Source: Candidatus Kaiserbacteria bacterium (GTDB lineage: Bacteria > Patescibacteriota > Minisyncoccia > Phycocordibacterales > UBA2100). Taken from it: a DNA stretch of 64,000 nt. The DNA is taken from NCBI GenBank assembly GCA_016186695.1, contig JACPLC010000005.1, positions 852-64,851 on the forward strand, read 5' to 3'. Below are positions 29,553 through 38,929 of this stretch, one piece after another. The position numbers and the translations under genes were made by a program. Under the pieces are notes generated by a model. The model did not search any database. It saw only the letters and a program-made list of their open reading frames with translations, and had not been told where the DNA came from. Numbering within the stretch: position 1 is the first letter of the stretch; every line of letters starts with the position of its first letter.

Positions 29553-30806
29553 TTACTGTTCGAGGTGTCCGATAAGGTCGTTCTCGGAAACGAACATCGT
29601 CGAGCCGGCGGCACGAGAGACGACCTCGACACCTCCCTCCGACATCGTCTTTTCCGAAATAACGAGCCGTTTTGGGATGCCAATCAAATCCGAATCGGCA
29701 AACTTTTCTCCTGCACGCACATCGCGATCGTCGTATAGAGTCTCGATGCCGTTCTCGGAAAGCATTTCGTACAGCCGGTCAGCTTCTGCTGTAACGTCAC
29801 CGTTCCCACCCGAAATGGCAACCAGGTGCGCAGCAAACGGTGCAACCGCCGAAGGCCACGCGAGCCCCTTGCCGTCGGAGAAAACTTCCGCGAGCACTCC
29901 CATCAAACGAGTCGGGCCGATGCCATAGGAGCCCATGATGACATCTTCTTGTTTCCCATCTTTCCCCTTAAAGCGCAAACCGAGTGCTTTCGAGAAGCGC
30001 GTGCCGAGGCTGAAAATATTCCCGACCTCGACGGCCTTCGCCTCCGTGAGCTCGTTTTTCGAGAGTCCGAGGTCTGCGAGTACTTCGGCATTCATTACTT
30101 CCTTGTTGATGGCAATTCGCTTCTCCTTGTGCACATACACTGTATCCTCGCCCACATCGGAGAGACACTGGAACTCGTGGCTATACTTTGAAAATACGCC
30201 GCCGGAGGCGAAGGTGCGGTAGGTCTGCTCGCCGATTCCGAGCCGCTCGAAGATCCGCTGGTACGCGGAAGCGACCGTTTCGTACAGTTTTGTGTGTTCC
30301 TCTTCCGAAGCCGTAAACGTGTAGAGATCTTTCATAAGAAATTCGCGCCCGCGGACGATACCACTCTTGGCGCGCTCCTCATTGCGAAATTTCCACTGGA
30401 TCTGATACACGAGCTTCGGCAGATCGTGGTACGAGGAGATGTGAGAGCGCATGATGCTCGTCAGCGGCTCTTCATGCGTGAAGCCTAACCCAACTTCTCC
30501 GCCATCTTTGAGTTTCGTCTTGAACCAGCTGTCGACGACCGAATCACTCCAACGATCCGTCTGCTCCCATAGCTCTTTCTGCTGCAGGGTCGTCATAAGG
30601 ATTTCCTGCCCGCCGATCTTATTCATCTCGTCGCGGATGACCGCGCTAATGCGCTCGAGAACTCGCAGACCAAGTGGCAGAAGCGAATATACTCCCGCCA
30701 TCTCCTTATGGATGAATCCTGCACGGATGAGCAGCTGGGCGTTTTTTGCGACCTCGTCTTTCGGTGCCTCGCGGCGTGTTTTTGTGAAGAGTTGCGACTG
30801 GCGCAT
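29553..30806 (-). CDS. proS: prolyl-tRNA synthetase (short, no editing domain)
   Basis: THEE, GIVRGREFLMKDLY, EVGNIF, MGSYGIG. Confidence 0.95.
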   Translation of the reverse strand: MRQSQLFTKTRREAPKDEVAKNAQLLIRAGFIHKEMAGVYSLLPLGLRVLERISAVIRDEMNKIGGQEILMTTLQQKELWEQTDRWSDSVVDSWFKTKLKDGGEVGLGFTHEEPLTSIMRSHISSYHDLPKLVYQIQWKFRNEERAKSGIVRGREFLMKDLYTFTASEEEHTKLYETVASAYQRIFERLGIGEQTYRTFASGGVFSKYSHEFQCLSDVGEDTVYVHKEKRIAINKEVMNAEVLADLGLSKNELTEAKAVEVGNIFSLGTRFSKALGLRFKGKDGKQEDVIMGSYGIGPTRLMGVLAEVFSDGKGLAWPSAVAPFAAHLVAISGGNGDVTAEADRLYEMLSENGIETLYDDRDVRAGEKFADSDLIGIPKRLVISEKTMSEGGVEVVSRAAGSTMFVSENDLIGHLEQ

Positions 30807-30879
30807 GGTGCGAGCATTGTAAAGCGCTGCACGCTTCTTGGCAAAGCGTACATTCCTCTCGTCTTACGCGAGCACCTTC

Positions 30880-31851
30880 TTAGGTAAGCAAACGCGCGAT
30901 GTCGTTGTAGGTGACAGTAATCATGAGAACAATAATGAGTGCCACACCGAGCGCATTCAACATCTGGAGAGTGAGTTTGGGCGCGGAGCGGCGCATGATC
31001 GTTTCGATACCCAAGAGGACCAAGCGCCCGCCGTCGAGCGCGGGGATCGGAATGAGGTTGATGATAGCGAGGTTGACGGATATGAAAGCGGCAAGCGCGA
31101 GGACGCGAACGACGGTTATGAACGAGTTCTTCGTTGTCGTGACTGCTTGCACGGCGGCATCCCCCCACGAGAGCGGGCGTGAACTCACGAGAACAACGCC
31201 GACGCCAAGAGCCGGCCGTCCTGCAGCCTCGGGCACGACCGCATGCGCCGGAGTGATATTAGTCGTGCGCTCTTGCCCGGCATGCAGATACGTCAGCGTC
31301 ACGGCTTGTCCGGGATGCGCGCGAATAAAATCCGAGAATGCTTCCGGTGTGAGCTTCATAAGAACGACGTCTTCATCTTCGAGTCCGAGAATTTCGTCGC
31401 CGGCTGTAATCCCCGCCGAATCCGCCGGTGAACCCGGCACAACGTTTGCGATCATGAGTCGCACCACTTCGCCCTCCGCAGGCGTCTCAACGACGCGCGG
31501 AATGCCCGCGTGCAGCGCCGCAGTAAAGAGCGCCCACGCCGCGAGTGCATTCATCGCGACTCCCGCGACGAGGATAAGCGCCTGCACGGCGCGATTGGCA
31601 TCGACAAGACTTCCCGCACCATGTTGCTCCTCACCCACATCGCCAAAGAGACGTACGAAACCGCCAAACGGGATCCAATTCAGCGTATACTCGGTTCCTC
31701 CAAGTCTCCCGACTGTGAACGCTCGCGGCGGATAGCCGATGCCGAACTCCTCGACCCTCACTCTTGAAATTTTGGCAGCAATAAAGTGCCCGAGTTCGTG
31801 CACGACAATAAGGAACACGAGAATTCCGACAACAAGAAGTGCGGTGATCAT
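30880..31851 (-). CDS. rseP: RseP/M50 site-2 protease with PDZ domain
   Basis: HELGH, GGFV, PDZ GSPA...GD, NLIPIPALDGG. Confidence 0.9.
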   Translation of the reverse strand: MITALLVVGILVFLIVVHELGHFIAAKISRVRVEEFGIGYPPRAFTVGRLGGTEYTLNWIPFGGFVRLFGDVGEEQHGAGSLVDANRAVQALILVAGVAMNALAAWALFTAALHAGIPRVVETPAEGEVVRLMIANVVPGSPADSAGITAGDEILGLEDEDVVLMKLTPEAFSDFIRAHPGQAVTLTYLHAGQERTTNITPAHAVVPEAAGRPALGVGVVLVSSRPLSWGDAAVQAVTTTKNSFITVVRVLALAAFISVNLAIINLIPIPALDGGRLVLLGIETIMRRSAPKLTLQMLNALGVALIIVLMITVTYNDIARLLT

Positions 31852-32600
31852 AGTTCTTCTTTAAGCCCGTAGACCTTCCGTAGCCTATCCGCCCACATTG
31901 CCCGGCGAACTTGCCGCATCTGAGAAACGCGCTCCGGGACCATGTGTGGGAACATTCGAGATTCCATTTTTGTTTTTGACTCACCTTTTTCCTTGCTCTG
32001 TTCGGTATCGAGTATTTCACGCAACACGGTATTCAGAAAACTTCGCCGATATTCGTCCGGAATCATGTTGATCTTTTTTCCGATCAGCCGGCGATACTCA
32101 TCGACGCCGGGACCAACAGCTAGCATCCCGAGCAACGCCACCGCGCGAGCAATTCGAACGTGTTCCTTAGGTGGCGTTTCGTGCGGATTTGCAAACGCCC
32201 TGTCCATTAACTCACTGTTCAGGTCGTATCGATCTGTGCCTGGCATATGAGTTGGATATGCATTCTTTTCTTCTGCCACATACTTGCGGTGTTCCGAGTC
32301 CTTAATGCGTCCGAGCTTCTTTTCGACATTCGAATTCAAAGAAGAATCATATAAAAGCGCAAAATCTATATCCGATTGTGCATGATGCTCTCCATGTCGT
32401 TCCCGTGTGCCGTACCCAAGTGCCGACGACCCAAACGGAACTAGGCCGACAAAAGCCTCTTGGCTTCCCATCTCGCGCTGCATTCGCCTAATCACTTTGG
32501 ATAGTTCGGGATTAGGCGTACCGTCACTGTCACGCAGGATAAAAAGCTTCCTCTCCAGTGAGTCGAGGTACCCGGCTCGATATTTCTCCGGGCCTGTCAT
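31848..32600 (-). CDS. nucleotidyltransferase-fold hypothetical protein
   Basis: VPFGSSALG...SDIDF (hG[GS]...DxD signature). Confidence 0.65.
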   Translation of the reverse strand: MTGPEKYRAGYLDSLERKLFILRDSDGTPNPELSKVIRRMQREMGSQEAFVGLVPFGSSALGYGTRERHGEHHAQSDIDFALLYDSSLNSNVEKKLGRIKDSEHRKYVAEEKNAYPTHMPGTDRYDLNSELMDRAFANPHETPPKEHVRIARAVALLGMLAVGPGVDEYRRLIGKKINMIPDEYRRSFLNTVLREILDTEQSKEKGESKTKMESRMFPHMVPERVSQMRQVRRAMWADRLRKVYGLKEEL

Positions 32601-32601
32601 A

Positions 32602-33156
32602 TCAGCTGCTCATCTCTTTCTGCTTTGATTCAAATGCTCCCTCAAGCTCTTTGTTTGCTTTGTCGATGCGCTTTTGTAGTTCGTCTTTGAGATTGAATTT
32701 GTCATCTTCCGTAAGCGCGCTCGTGCGCACCTTTTCCTGAATGTCTTTCCATGCCTCGTCACGCGCTACTCGCACGGTCGTGCGTGCCTCTTCGAGCTTG
32801 CCTTTTGCAAGCTTCACGAGCTGCTCGCGCCGCTCCGAAGTAAGCTCGGGAAAGCTGACGCGCACGATTGCGCCGTCGGAAGAAGTGCCGACGCCTAGAT
32901 TGGCTGCCGAGATCGCCCGCTCGATATCTTTGAGAAGCGACGCGTCGAACGGCTGCACGCGCAGCGTCCGTGCATCTTCGACGCCGACGCTCGCGACCTG
33001 CTTGAGCGGCATCATCGAACCGTAGGCAGAAACTGTCACACTATCGAGAATCGCCGGCGCGGCGCGCCCTGTGCGTAATCCACGATACTCCTTCGCGAGC
33101 CACTCTCTTGCGGCAGCGACTTTTCCATCGAACTGTTTGAAATCGTAGTTGGCCAT
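32602..33156 (-). CDS. frr: ribosome recycling factor
   Basis: LRTGRAAP, PELTSERR. Confidence 0.96.
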   Translation of the reverse strand: MANYDFKQFDGKVAAAREWLAKEYRGLRTGRAAPAILDSVTVSAYGSMMPLKQVASVGVEDARTLRVQPFDASLLKDIERAISAANLGVGTSSDGAIVRVSFPELTSERREQLVKLAKGKLEEARTTVRVARDEAWKDIQEKVRTSALTEDDKFNLKDELQKRIDKANKELEGAFESKQKEMSS

Positions 33157-33168
33157 TGCGACACAATA

Positions 33169-33843
33169 TCACATTCGGGGCACGAGGAGCGCGACCTGCT
33201 CTAAAAGCGGCTTCACGAGTGCGCCCCTGTCTGCAACATACTTTCGCGCGCGATAGACCGATTCGAGTCCCTCACGGCAAGTAGCGTGAAGTCCTGCAGC
33301 ATCCGCCTTCTTTCCCACGGCACTCTCCAGCGACGCAAGAAATGAGAGAATCGCCCCGAGATCGCGCTTGTCGTCATCGCCTTTCTCAAGAAGAGGCTTC
33401 AGAAGATCGAGACGTTTCTGCGGAAGGGCGGAGAGAAACTGTTTCGCATCGACCATCTCTTTCTGGAGACGTACATCGTCGAGAACGAGAGTTTGAAGCC
33501 GCGAGCGGAGCGTGGGGAGAAGCGCTTGAGGCGAGTGCACAATGAGAAAAAAGAGGGTGTTGCCTGCTGGCTCTTCGAGCGTTTTGAGAAGTGCGTTTTG
33601 CGCTTCGCGGTTGATATCGGGTGCTGCGATGACGAATACACGCCTTTCTCTGAGGGGACGCAGCGAAGCGCGCTCGCGAAGCTCGCGCGCCTCATCTATG
33701 CCGAAATGCTTGTATGCTCTCACGTACAAGTCGGGGTTCTTTTTTGTGCTGATGCCCTGCTCCTCCAAAAATGCAAGTATGCCGGCAATAATTTGCGGAC
33801 CTCCAGCCACTAGGTGAGTATTCCCCACCAGCTTTGCCTTCAT
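33169..33843 (-). CDS. holB: DNA polymerase III delta' (short form)
   Basis: EAQNALLKTLEEP, LLPTLRSR. Confidence 0.88.
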   Translation of the reverse strand: MKAKLVGNTHLVAGGPQIIAGILAFLEEQGISTKKNPDLYVRAYKHFGIDEARELRERASLRPLRERRVFVIAAPDINREAQNALLKTLEEPAGNTLFFLIVHSPQALLPTLRSRLQTLVLDDVRLQKEMVDAKQFLSALPQKRLDLLKPLLEKGDDDKRDLGAILSFLASLESAVGKKADAAGLHATCREGLESVYRARKYVADRGALVKPLLEQVALLVPRM

Positions 33844-33895
33844 CGCTTGAGTATAGCAATGCGGGGGTATACTGCCGACAAGTAGTAAATCCTCC

Positions 33896-34405
33896 ATGAA
33901 AGACCCGTACCACATCTGGAAAACAGCAATCGGCATCACGCGCTGGATCGGTTCCCCGACGTCGGTTGTGATACACACGGTTCTTTTCGTCGGCGCATTC
34001 GTCGCAGCTTCAGAAGAATTTGTCCCCTTTCAGGAAATGCTTCTCATCCTGACGACAATCGTCTCTCTGGAGGCGATATATCTTTCTATATTTATTCAAA
34101 TGACCATCAACTATACGACGCAAGAACTTGTCGAGGTGAGCGAGGACATCGAGGAAATGCAGGAAGATATCGGTGAGATTCAGGAAGATGTCGGGGAGCT
34201 TCAAGAAAATGTAGAAGAAATCAGTGAGGACGTCGAGGAAATAACGGAAGAAGAAGAGTCGGAAGAAGCCGCGGAAGAACAACGAAAGGCCGAGCAGAAG
34301 AAAACGCTTGTGGATATTCAGACGGATCTGCGGAAACTAATGCAGGACATCACCAAACTCCAGCAATCAGGGCCGAAAGAGAGTCCGCCCGCGAGAACCG
34401 AGTAA
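33896..34405 (+). CDS. DUF1003-like membrane protein with acidic coiled coil
   Basis: WIGSPTS, LTTIVSLEAIYLSIFIQM, EDIxE heptads. Confidence 0.75.
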   Translation: MKDPYHIWKTAIGITRWIGSPTSVVIHTVLFVGAFVAASEEFVPFQEMLLILTTIVSLEAIYLSIFIQMTINYTTQELVEVSEDIEEMQEDIGEIQEDVGELQENVEEISEDVEEITEEEESEEAAEEQRKAEQKKTLVDIQTDLRKLMQDITKLQQSGPKESPPARTE

Positions 34406-34453
34406 CACTACAACTACAAGGTTCAACCTTGTACCAATTGGCGCCCAATTGAG

Positions 34454-35470
34454 CTATCTTTTGGCGATTATTGCTTTTTTGTACGCATCCAAGTGCTTCA
34501 AGGCTTCACCGGTGCCCATCGCGACGCAAAACGGGGCGTCTTTGGCAAGCCGCGCTCGTACGCCGGTGCGGCGGAAGACGAGCTCGGGAAAGTTCCGAAG
34601 GAGACTCGTCCCGCCTGTCATCACAATGCCGTTGTCGATGATGTCGGCCGCGAGCTCAGGCGGCGTATCCTGCAAAACGTCTTTCATCGCGTTGATGATA
34701 GTGCGCAATTCCTTCCCGATGGCGCGCACTACTTCGTTGGTGCCTATCTCGAGTGAACGCGGCAAGCCCGTGAGATGGTCGCGGCCTTTGACCATCATCA
34801 AAAGTTCCTGTTCGATTGGTACTGCCGAGCCGATGCGTATCTTTACATCCTCGGCCATTTTATCGCCGATGGAGAGGTTGTAGGTTTTCTTGATGTAGTC
34901 TGCGATTGCGCGATCCAGGGCGTTCCCCGCGCACTTGACCGAGGTCGAAGCAACGATACCGCCGAGCGAGATTACCGCGATGTCTGTGGTGCCGCCACCA
35001 ATGTCAACGATCATGTGCCCGCGCGCCTCGTGGATGGGAATTCCTGCGCCGATCGCAGCGAGTATCGGCTCTTTGACGACGTAGGCTTCGCGTGCGCCGG
35101 CCTTCGTCGCAGCCTCCACGACAGCGCGACGTTCGGTAGAGGTAACGCCCGCCGGCACCGAGACCATGACCTCCGGTCGGAAGAGGTTCCACTTTCCGAG
35201 CGACTTTCTTATGTAGTAGCGGAGCATCGCTTCGGTCACGCGGTAGTCGGCAATAACACCGTCTTTCATCGGCCGGTACGCGACGATCTCGTCCGGCGTG
35301 CGCCCCACCATCTCTTTAGCGTCATTGCCGACCGCGAGAATTTTGTTGCCCGCCGTAGAAACAGCCACGACCGACGGTTCGTTCAACACGATCCCCTTCC
35401 CCGGCACGAAGACCAAAACCGTCGTTGTACCAAGATCAATGCCGAGCTTTGGAGCAAACGAGAAGGCCAT
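34454..35470 (-). CDS. mreB: MreB/Mbl paralog
   Basis: LGIDLGTTT, DIGGGTTD, TGGTSLL. Confidence 0.92.
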   Translation of the reverse strand: MAFSFAPKLGIDLGTTTVLVFVPGKGIVLNEPSVVAVSTAGNKILAVGNDAKEMVGRTPDEIVAYRPMKDGVIADYRVTEAMLRYYIRKSLGKWNLFRPEVMVSVPAGVTSTERRAVVEAATKAGAREAYVVKEPILAAIGAGIPIHEARGHMIVDIGGGTTDIAVISLGGIVASTSVKCAGNALDRAIADYIKKTYNLSIGDKMAEDVKIRIGSAVPIEQELLMMVKGRDHLTGLPRSLEIGTNEVVRAIGKELRTIINAMKDVLQDTPPELAADIIDNGIVMTGGTSLLRNFPELVFRRTGVRARLAKDAPFCVAMGTGEALKHLDAYKKAIIAKR

Positions 35471-35536
35471 AGAGATAGGGAGTATATCGTATTTACTGCC
35501 CCAAAGTCGAGCGTCAGATGAAGATGGCCGTGCTTC

Positions 35537-35803
35537 CTACTTCTCGTATTTCTCAGGATTCAGCAGATACCAAAACTTCTTGGAAAAATTCTGCGCGTCG
35601 TCGCATACCCGCTTGATATAGTAGAGATCCTTTGTAGGAATTTTCTCCAAGAGCTTCCCCATTCGCCCCATCGATATCGGCGGCAAGCCGTCCCGCACGC
35701 GGCTCGAATTCAGCTTTTTGCAGAAATATTCCATCAGCTCGCCTCGCTCCGTCGCGCGGCTTTTTGTTAGTGCTTTCTTGAGATGCACGCCAATGTGTCT
35801 CAT
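35537..35803 (-). CDS. small basic hypothetical protein
   Basis: 88-aa ORF (TERGELM...FSKKFW) behind a long structured leader. Confidence 0.7.
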   Translation of the reverse strand: MRHIGVHLKKALTKSRATERGELMEYFCKKLNSSRVRDGLPPISMGRMGKLLEKIPTKDLYYIKRVCDDAQNFSKKFWYLLNPEKYEK

Positions 35804-36207
35804 CGGACCAATAATATACGTTCTCCTACTTGTGTGCTATAAATACGCCGGATCTCATCGCTCTGAAGGTTGTCTTTCCCTGCCACGGCTGGCAGGACGT
35901 GACGCTTTCGGAGCGTGGGGACGGCATTTCACGAATGCCGGGATTGATTATTGGGCTCCACGTGTGCAACCGAGCGTGGCCCACGGAAATCCGGAACGAG
36001 AAATGATGGGAAGCGCCGTCCCGCTCGTTCCTCCCCAGCCGCTCTTGAATCCGACCATCCGCATGAGCCCCTTCTCGCGGTTAGGTCGGGGGTCGCGGCG
36101 CAATGTCTCCTGTGCGCCGCGACCTTTCTTTTTTTCCTAACTACCCGCAAAACAAACGCTCTACCCATGAGATAGCGACAGATTATCTCACGGGGTATAG
36201 TTCCCGA

Positions 36208-36750
36208 ATGCGGACAATTTTGCCCTCGAACACAAATCCTGCGCTCCGGAAAATGGCGCGGGATATTCCTATTTCCGAGATAAAGACGAGACGAATTCAG
36301 AACCTCGTGCGGGAGATGAGGGCGCTTCTTAAAAAAGAGGAGTATGGCGTTGCCCTCGCCGCGCCACAGGTTGGCGAGTCTCTGAAACTTTTCATCGTTT
36401 CCGGCCGCGCACTTGCGCGAGGCTCGCGCAATGCCCTCGACGAACCTCAAGACGATGAGGTCAGACCTCATCGGGTCATGCCGGATCAGGTATACATCAA
36501 TCCCGAGCTCATCAAGGTGTCACGAGGAAAGAAAGAAAAACACGAGGGGTGCCTTTCCATCCGCGGCAAGTGGGGCACCGTACCGCGCGCCGAAAAAGCA
36601 ACAATCCGCGCCTACGACGAGCGTGGCGTGCGGTTCACGCGAGGTGCCTCCGGCTTCCTTGCACACATCTTCCAGCACGAGATGGACCACCTGCAGGGCA
36701 TTCTCTATACCGACAAAGCGACCAAGGTCTATGACGAAAAAGAAAAGTGA
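36208..36750 (+). CDS. def: peptide deformylase
   Basis: GVALAAPQVG, EGCLS, QHEMDHL. Confidence 0.97.
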   Translation: MRTILPSNTNPALRKMARDIPISEIKTRRIQNLVREMRALLKKEEYGVALAAPQVGESLKLFIVSGRALARGSRNALDEPQDDEVRPHRVMPDQVYINPELIKVSRGKKEKHEGCLSIRGKWGTVPRAEKATIRAYDERGVRFTRGASGFLAHIFQHEMDHLQGILYTDKATKVYDEKEK

Positions 36751-37618
36751 AATTCAATTTGCCTTTTTCGGCACGCCGGAGCTCGCCGCTGTATTTCTCG
36801 ACGATCTCGAGAAAGACGGACTCATGCCGTCACTCGTCGTTACAACGCCCGACAAATCAAAGGGCAGGGGGATGGCCGTCACTCCCCCGCCGGTAAAAGT
36901 ATGGGCCGAAAAGAAAAAGATACCGGTCCTTCAACCCGAGCGTCTGGACGCTGATTTTCTCTACAAACTACAAACTACTGACTACGATCTGTTTGTAGTT
37001 ATCTACTACGGCAAAATACTCCCGCGCGAAATTTTTTCGATGCCGAAACACGGCACCATTAACATTCACTTCTCGCTCCTTCCGCGCTGGAAGGGAACCT
37101 CCCCGATACGAGCCGCAATATTGAACGACGACCGCAAGGTGGGAACATCGCTTGTTTTGATGGACGAAAAAATTGATCACGGCAGAATCATTGCGCAAAA
37201 AGAATTCCATATAGCGGTATGGCCACCGAGTGCAAAAGCCCTTGAAATCCTCGCAACACACGAAAGTGCAAAACTGTTACGTGCTGTCATCGGACCGTGG
37301 ACTACCGGCGAGATAGAGGCACAGGAGCAAAATCATGATTTGGAAACAATGTGTCCGACACTGGAAAAAGCCAATGGTCTGATCAATTTCGCCGACGACC
37401 CTTACAAAAATCTCCTTAAAATACGTGCCCTTGACAGCACGATCGGCACGCATGCGTTTTTCGAAAGAAACGGAAAGAAAATCCGCGTGCAAATCCTCGA
37501 CGCGCATCTCGAGGGGAAAAAATTGATCATCGACCGCGTAAAACCCGAGGGCAAACGCGAAATGGACTACAAGGATTTTCTGCGCTCGGGTGCAAAACCA
37601 TCAAAAAATAAAAAGTGA
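36731..37618 (+). CDS. fmt: methionyl-tRNA formyltransferase
   Basis: FFGTPE, NIHFSLLPRWKG; follows def. Confidence 0.95.
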   Translation: MTKKKSEIQFAFFGTPELAAVFLDDLEKDGLMPSLVVTTPDKSKGRGMAVTPPPVKVWAEKKKIPVLQPERLDADFLYKLQTTDYDLFVVIYYGKILPREIFSMPKHGTINIHFSLLPRWKGTSPIRAAILNDDRKVGTSLVLMDEKIDHGRIIAQKEFHIAVWPPSAKALEILATHESAKLLRAVIGPWTTGEIEAQEQNHDLETMCPTLEKANGLINFADDPYKNLLKIRALDSTIGTHAFFERNGKKIRVQILDAHLEGKKLIIDRVKPEGKREMDYKDFLRSGAKPSKNKK

Positions 37619-37743
37619 GGGGATATTGCGTTGCGAGGGTCTTCGCGCATTCCTTAACACAGCGAGGGCGGAAGTGCTTTTCCGTCGAGGACCTTGTCCG
37701 AGCGAAGCGAGTCCCGCAGGCGGAAAACGCTTCCGCCCGAGCG

Positions 37744-38112
37744 CTACCCTCCGAAGCGGAGCAGGCGCTTGGCAAGAGCGCCGCTTTTCCGATACAGGCG
37801 AATGTGGAGCTTCCGCTCGCGACGAAGCTGGCGCTCGGCCTCCTCTTTCACATCATCGATAGCGCCGTTGATACTTTCGGAATTGTTCCGCGCGTAGACA
37901 CGCTCCGCGCCCGGAACGATAATGTGTATTTCCGCAAACCAAATATTCGCACCGTGCCGCGGACGCCCCGCGTCGCGCCCAAGCTCTACTTCGATGCGAG
38001 CGACATCTTCGGAGCCTGCGAGAAGTTTTTGGAGTGACTCGATGCGGCTATCGAGATACGCCTGCACGTCCGGCGTCATCTGGAAGTCGGTTGCTTTGAT
38101 ACGAACGTCCAT
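37744..38112 (-). CDS. hpf: ribosome hibernation factor HPF/RaiA
   Basis: Sigma54-modulation/S30Ae fold pattern (AYLDSRI...GAIDDV...QLRR). Confidence 0.85.
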   Translation of the reverse strand: MDVRIKATDFQMTPDVQAYLDSRIESLQKLLAGSEDVARIEVELGRDAGRPRHGANIWFAEIHIIVPGAERVYARNNSESINGAIDDVKEEAERQLRRERKLHIRLYRKSGALAKRLLRFGG

Positions 38113-38113
38113 A

Positions 38114-38256
38114 CCCGGTTAGTAGAATGTGCCTTTGCGGCAAACGCCTGCCGGCTGCCGCGGCGTGAGCGACCAAGTCTCACCTGTTGCACTTTGGATG
38201 CGTTCGCTGTTTGTTTTCATCGTTCGTGTAAGCCTAAGGCACATTACACTACCGGG
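38114..38256. repeat. 143-bp element with terminal inverted repeats, copy 2
   Basis: Same length as and about 90% identical to 1906-2048. Confidence 0.9.
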
Positions 38257-38265
38257 CATATGAAT

Positions 38266-38880
38266 TTACTGGGCGACACGCTTATACTTCCCCATCAATT
38301 CCGCCTGCGCGACGACATGACCCTCCATCGCCCGCAAGACATCTGCCTTCGAAGCGCCCGCGGGAAGATCAAGCATCGTGTCGAGCGCAAAGAGCTTGAA
38401 GAAATAGCGGTGTTCGCTCGGCTCGTACTCTCGCGGCGGGCAGGGCCCTGTGTATTGATTCTTCCCCGCTCCATTTGCACCTGCTGTGCCCGCGCTTCCG
38501 GATTGTGCGATTTCCGTCGTTGCCGGTGGAATATTGAAGAGTGTCCAGTGATCAAACGAATCGATGCCGCGCTCTTGTTTAAAAACCTGCGGAATGTCGG
38601 GATCGTCCATCAGAAGTGCGAGACTCTTTGTTCCATCGGGCACACCCGAAATAAGAAGCGGCGGGCTCACGTTCTCGGCATCGCAGGTAAATTGCGAAGG
38701 AATGCTCGCGCTACTCGAAAACGCCGGACTCGTAAGTGAAAGTGCCATAGATTCTGACGATGAACTGGTAATCCCCGAAGTATCCCCGAGGAGCATGGAG
38801 CTACGATTAAACGCGTACCACGCGCCCACGCCTACGATGATAGCCGATATCCCGATGAGTACGTAGGTGTTGCGCATCAT
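38266..38880 (-). CDS. YbhB/YbcL (PEBP) family protein with N-terminal TM
   Basis: SPPL, MDDPD, FDHW, YTGPCPP, HRYFFKLFALD. Confidence 0.93.
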   Translation of the reverse strand: MMRNTYVLIGISAIIVGVGAWYAFNRSSMLLGDTSGITSSSSESMALSLTSPAFSSSASIPSQFTCDAENVSPPLLISGVPDGTKSLALLMDDPDIPQVFKQERGIDSFDHWTLFNIPPATTEIAQSGSAGTAGANGAGKNQYTGPCPPREYEPSEHRYFFKLFALDTMLDLPAGASKADVLRAMEGHVVAQAELMGKYKRVAQ

Positions 38881-38929
38881 GAAGTGAGTATACCATTGCC
38901 GTTTGCGCACACTGAAGAAGTAATCTGGT

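Noticed and set aside
34130-34280. Repetitive GARGAY-rich tract
   Set aside because: Explained by acidic heptad coiled-coil coding in the DUF1003-like protein
34415-34433. Palindrome TACAAGGTTCAACCTTGTA between convergent genes
   Set aside because: Single short copy in the window; could be a terminator or REP, not enough evidence
28472-35470. Two mreB copies as a novelty
   Set aside because: Multiple MreB paralogs are common in bacteria
35815-36140. RNase P RNA, tmRNA or SRP RNA assignment
   Set aside because: Could not find GAGGAAAGUCC or tRNA-like termini on either strand; kept only as an unassigned candidate
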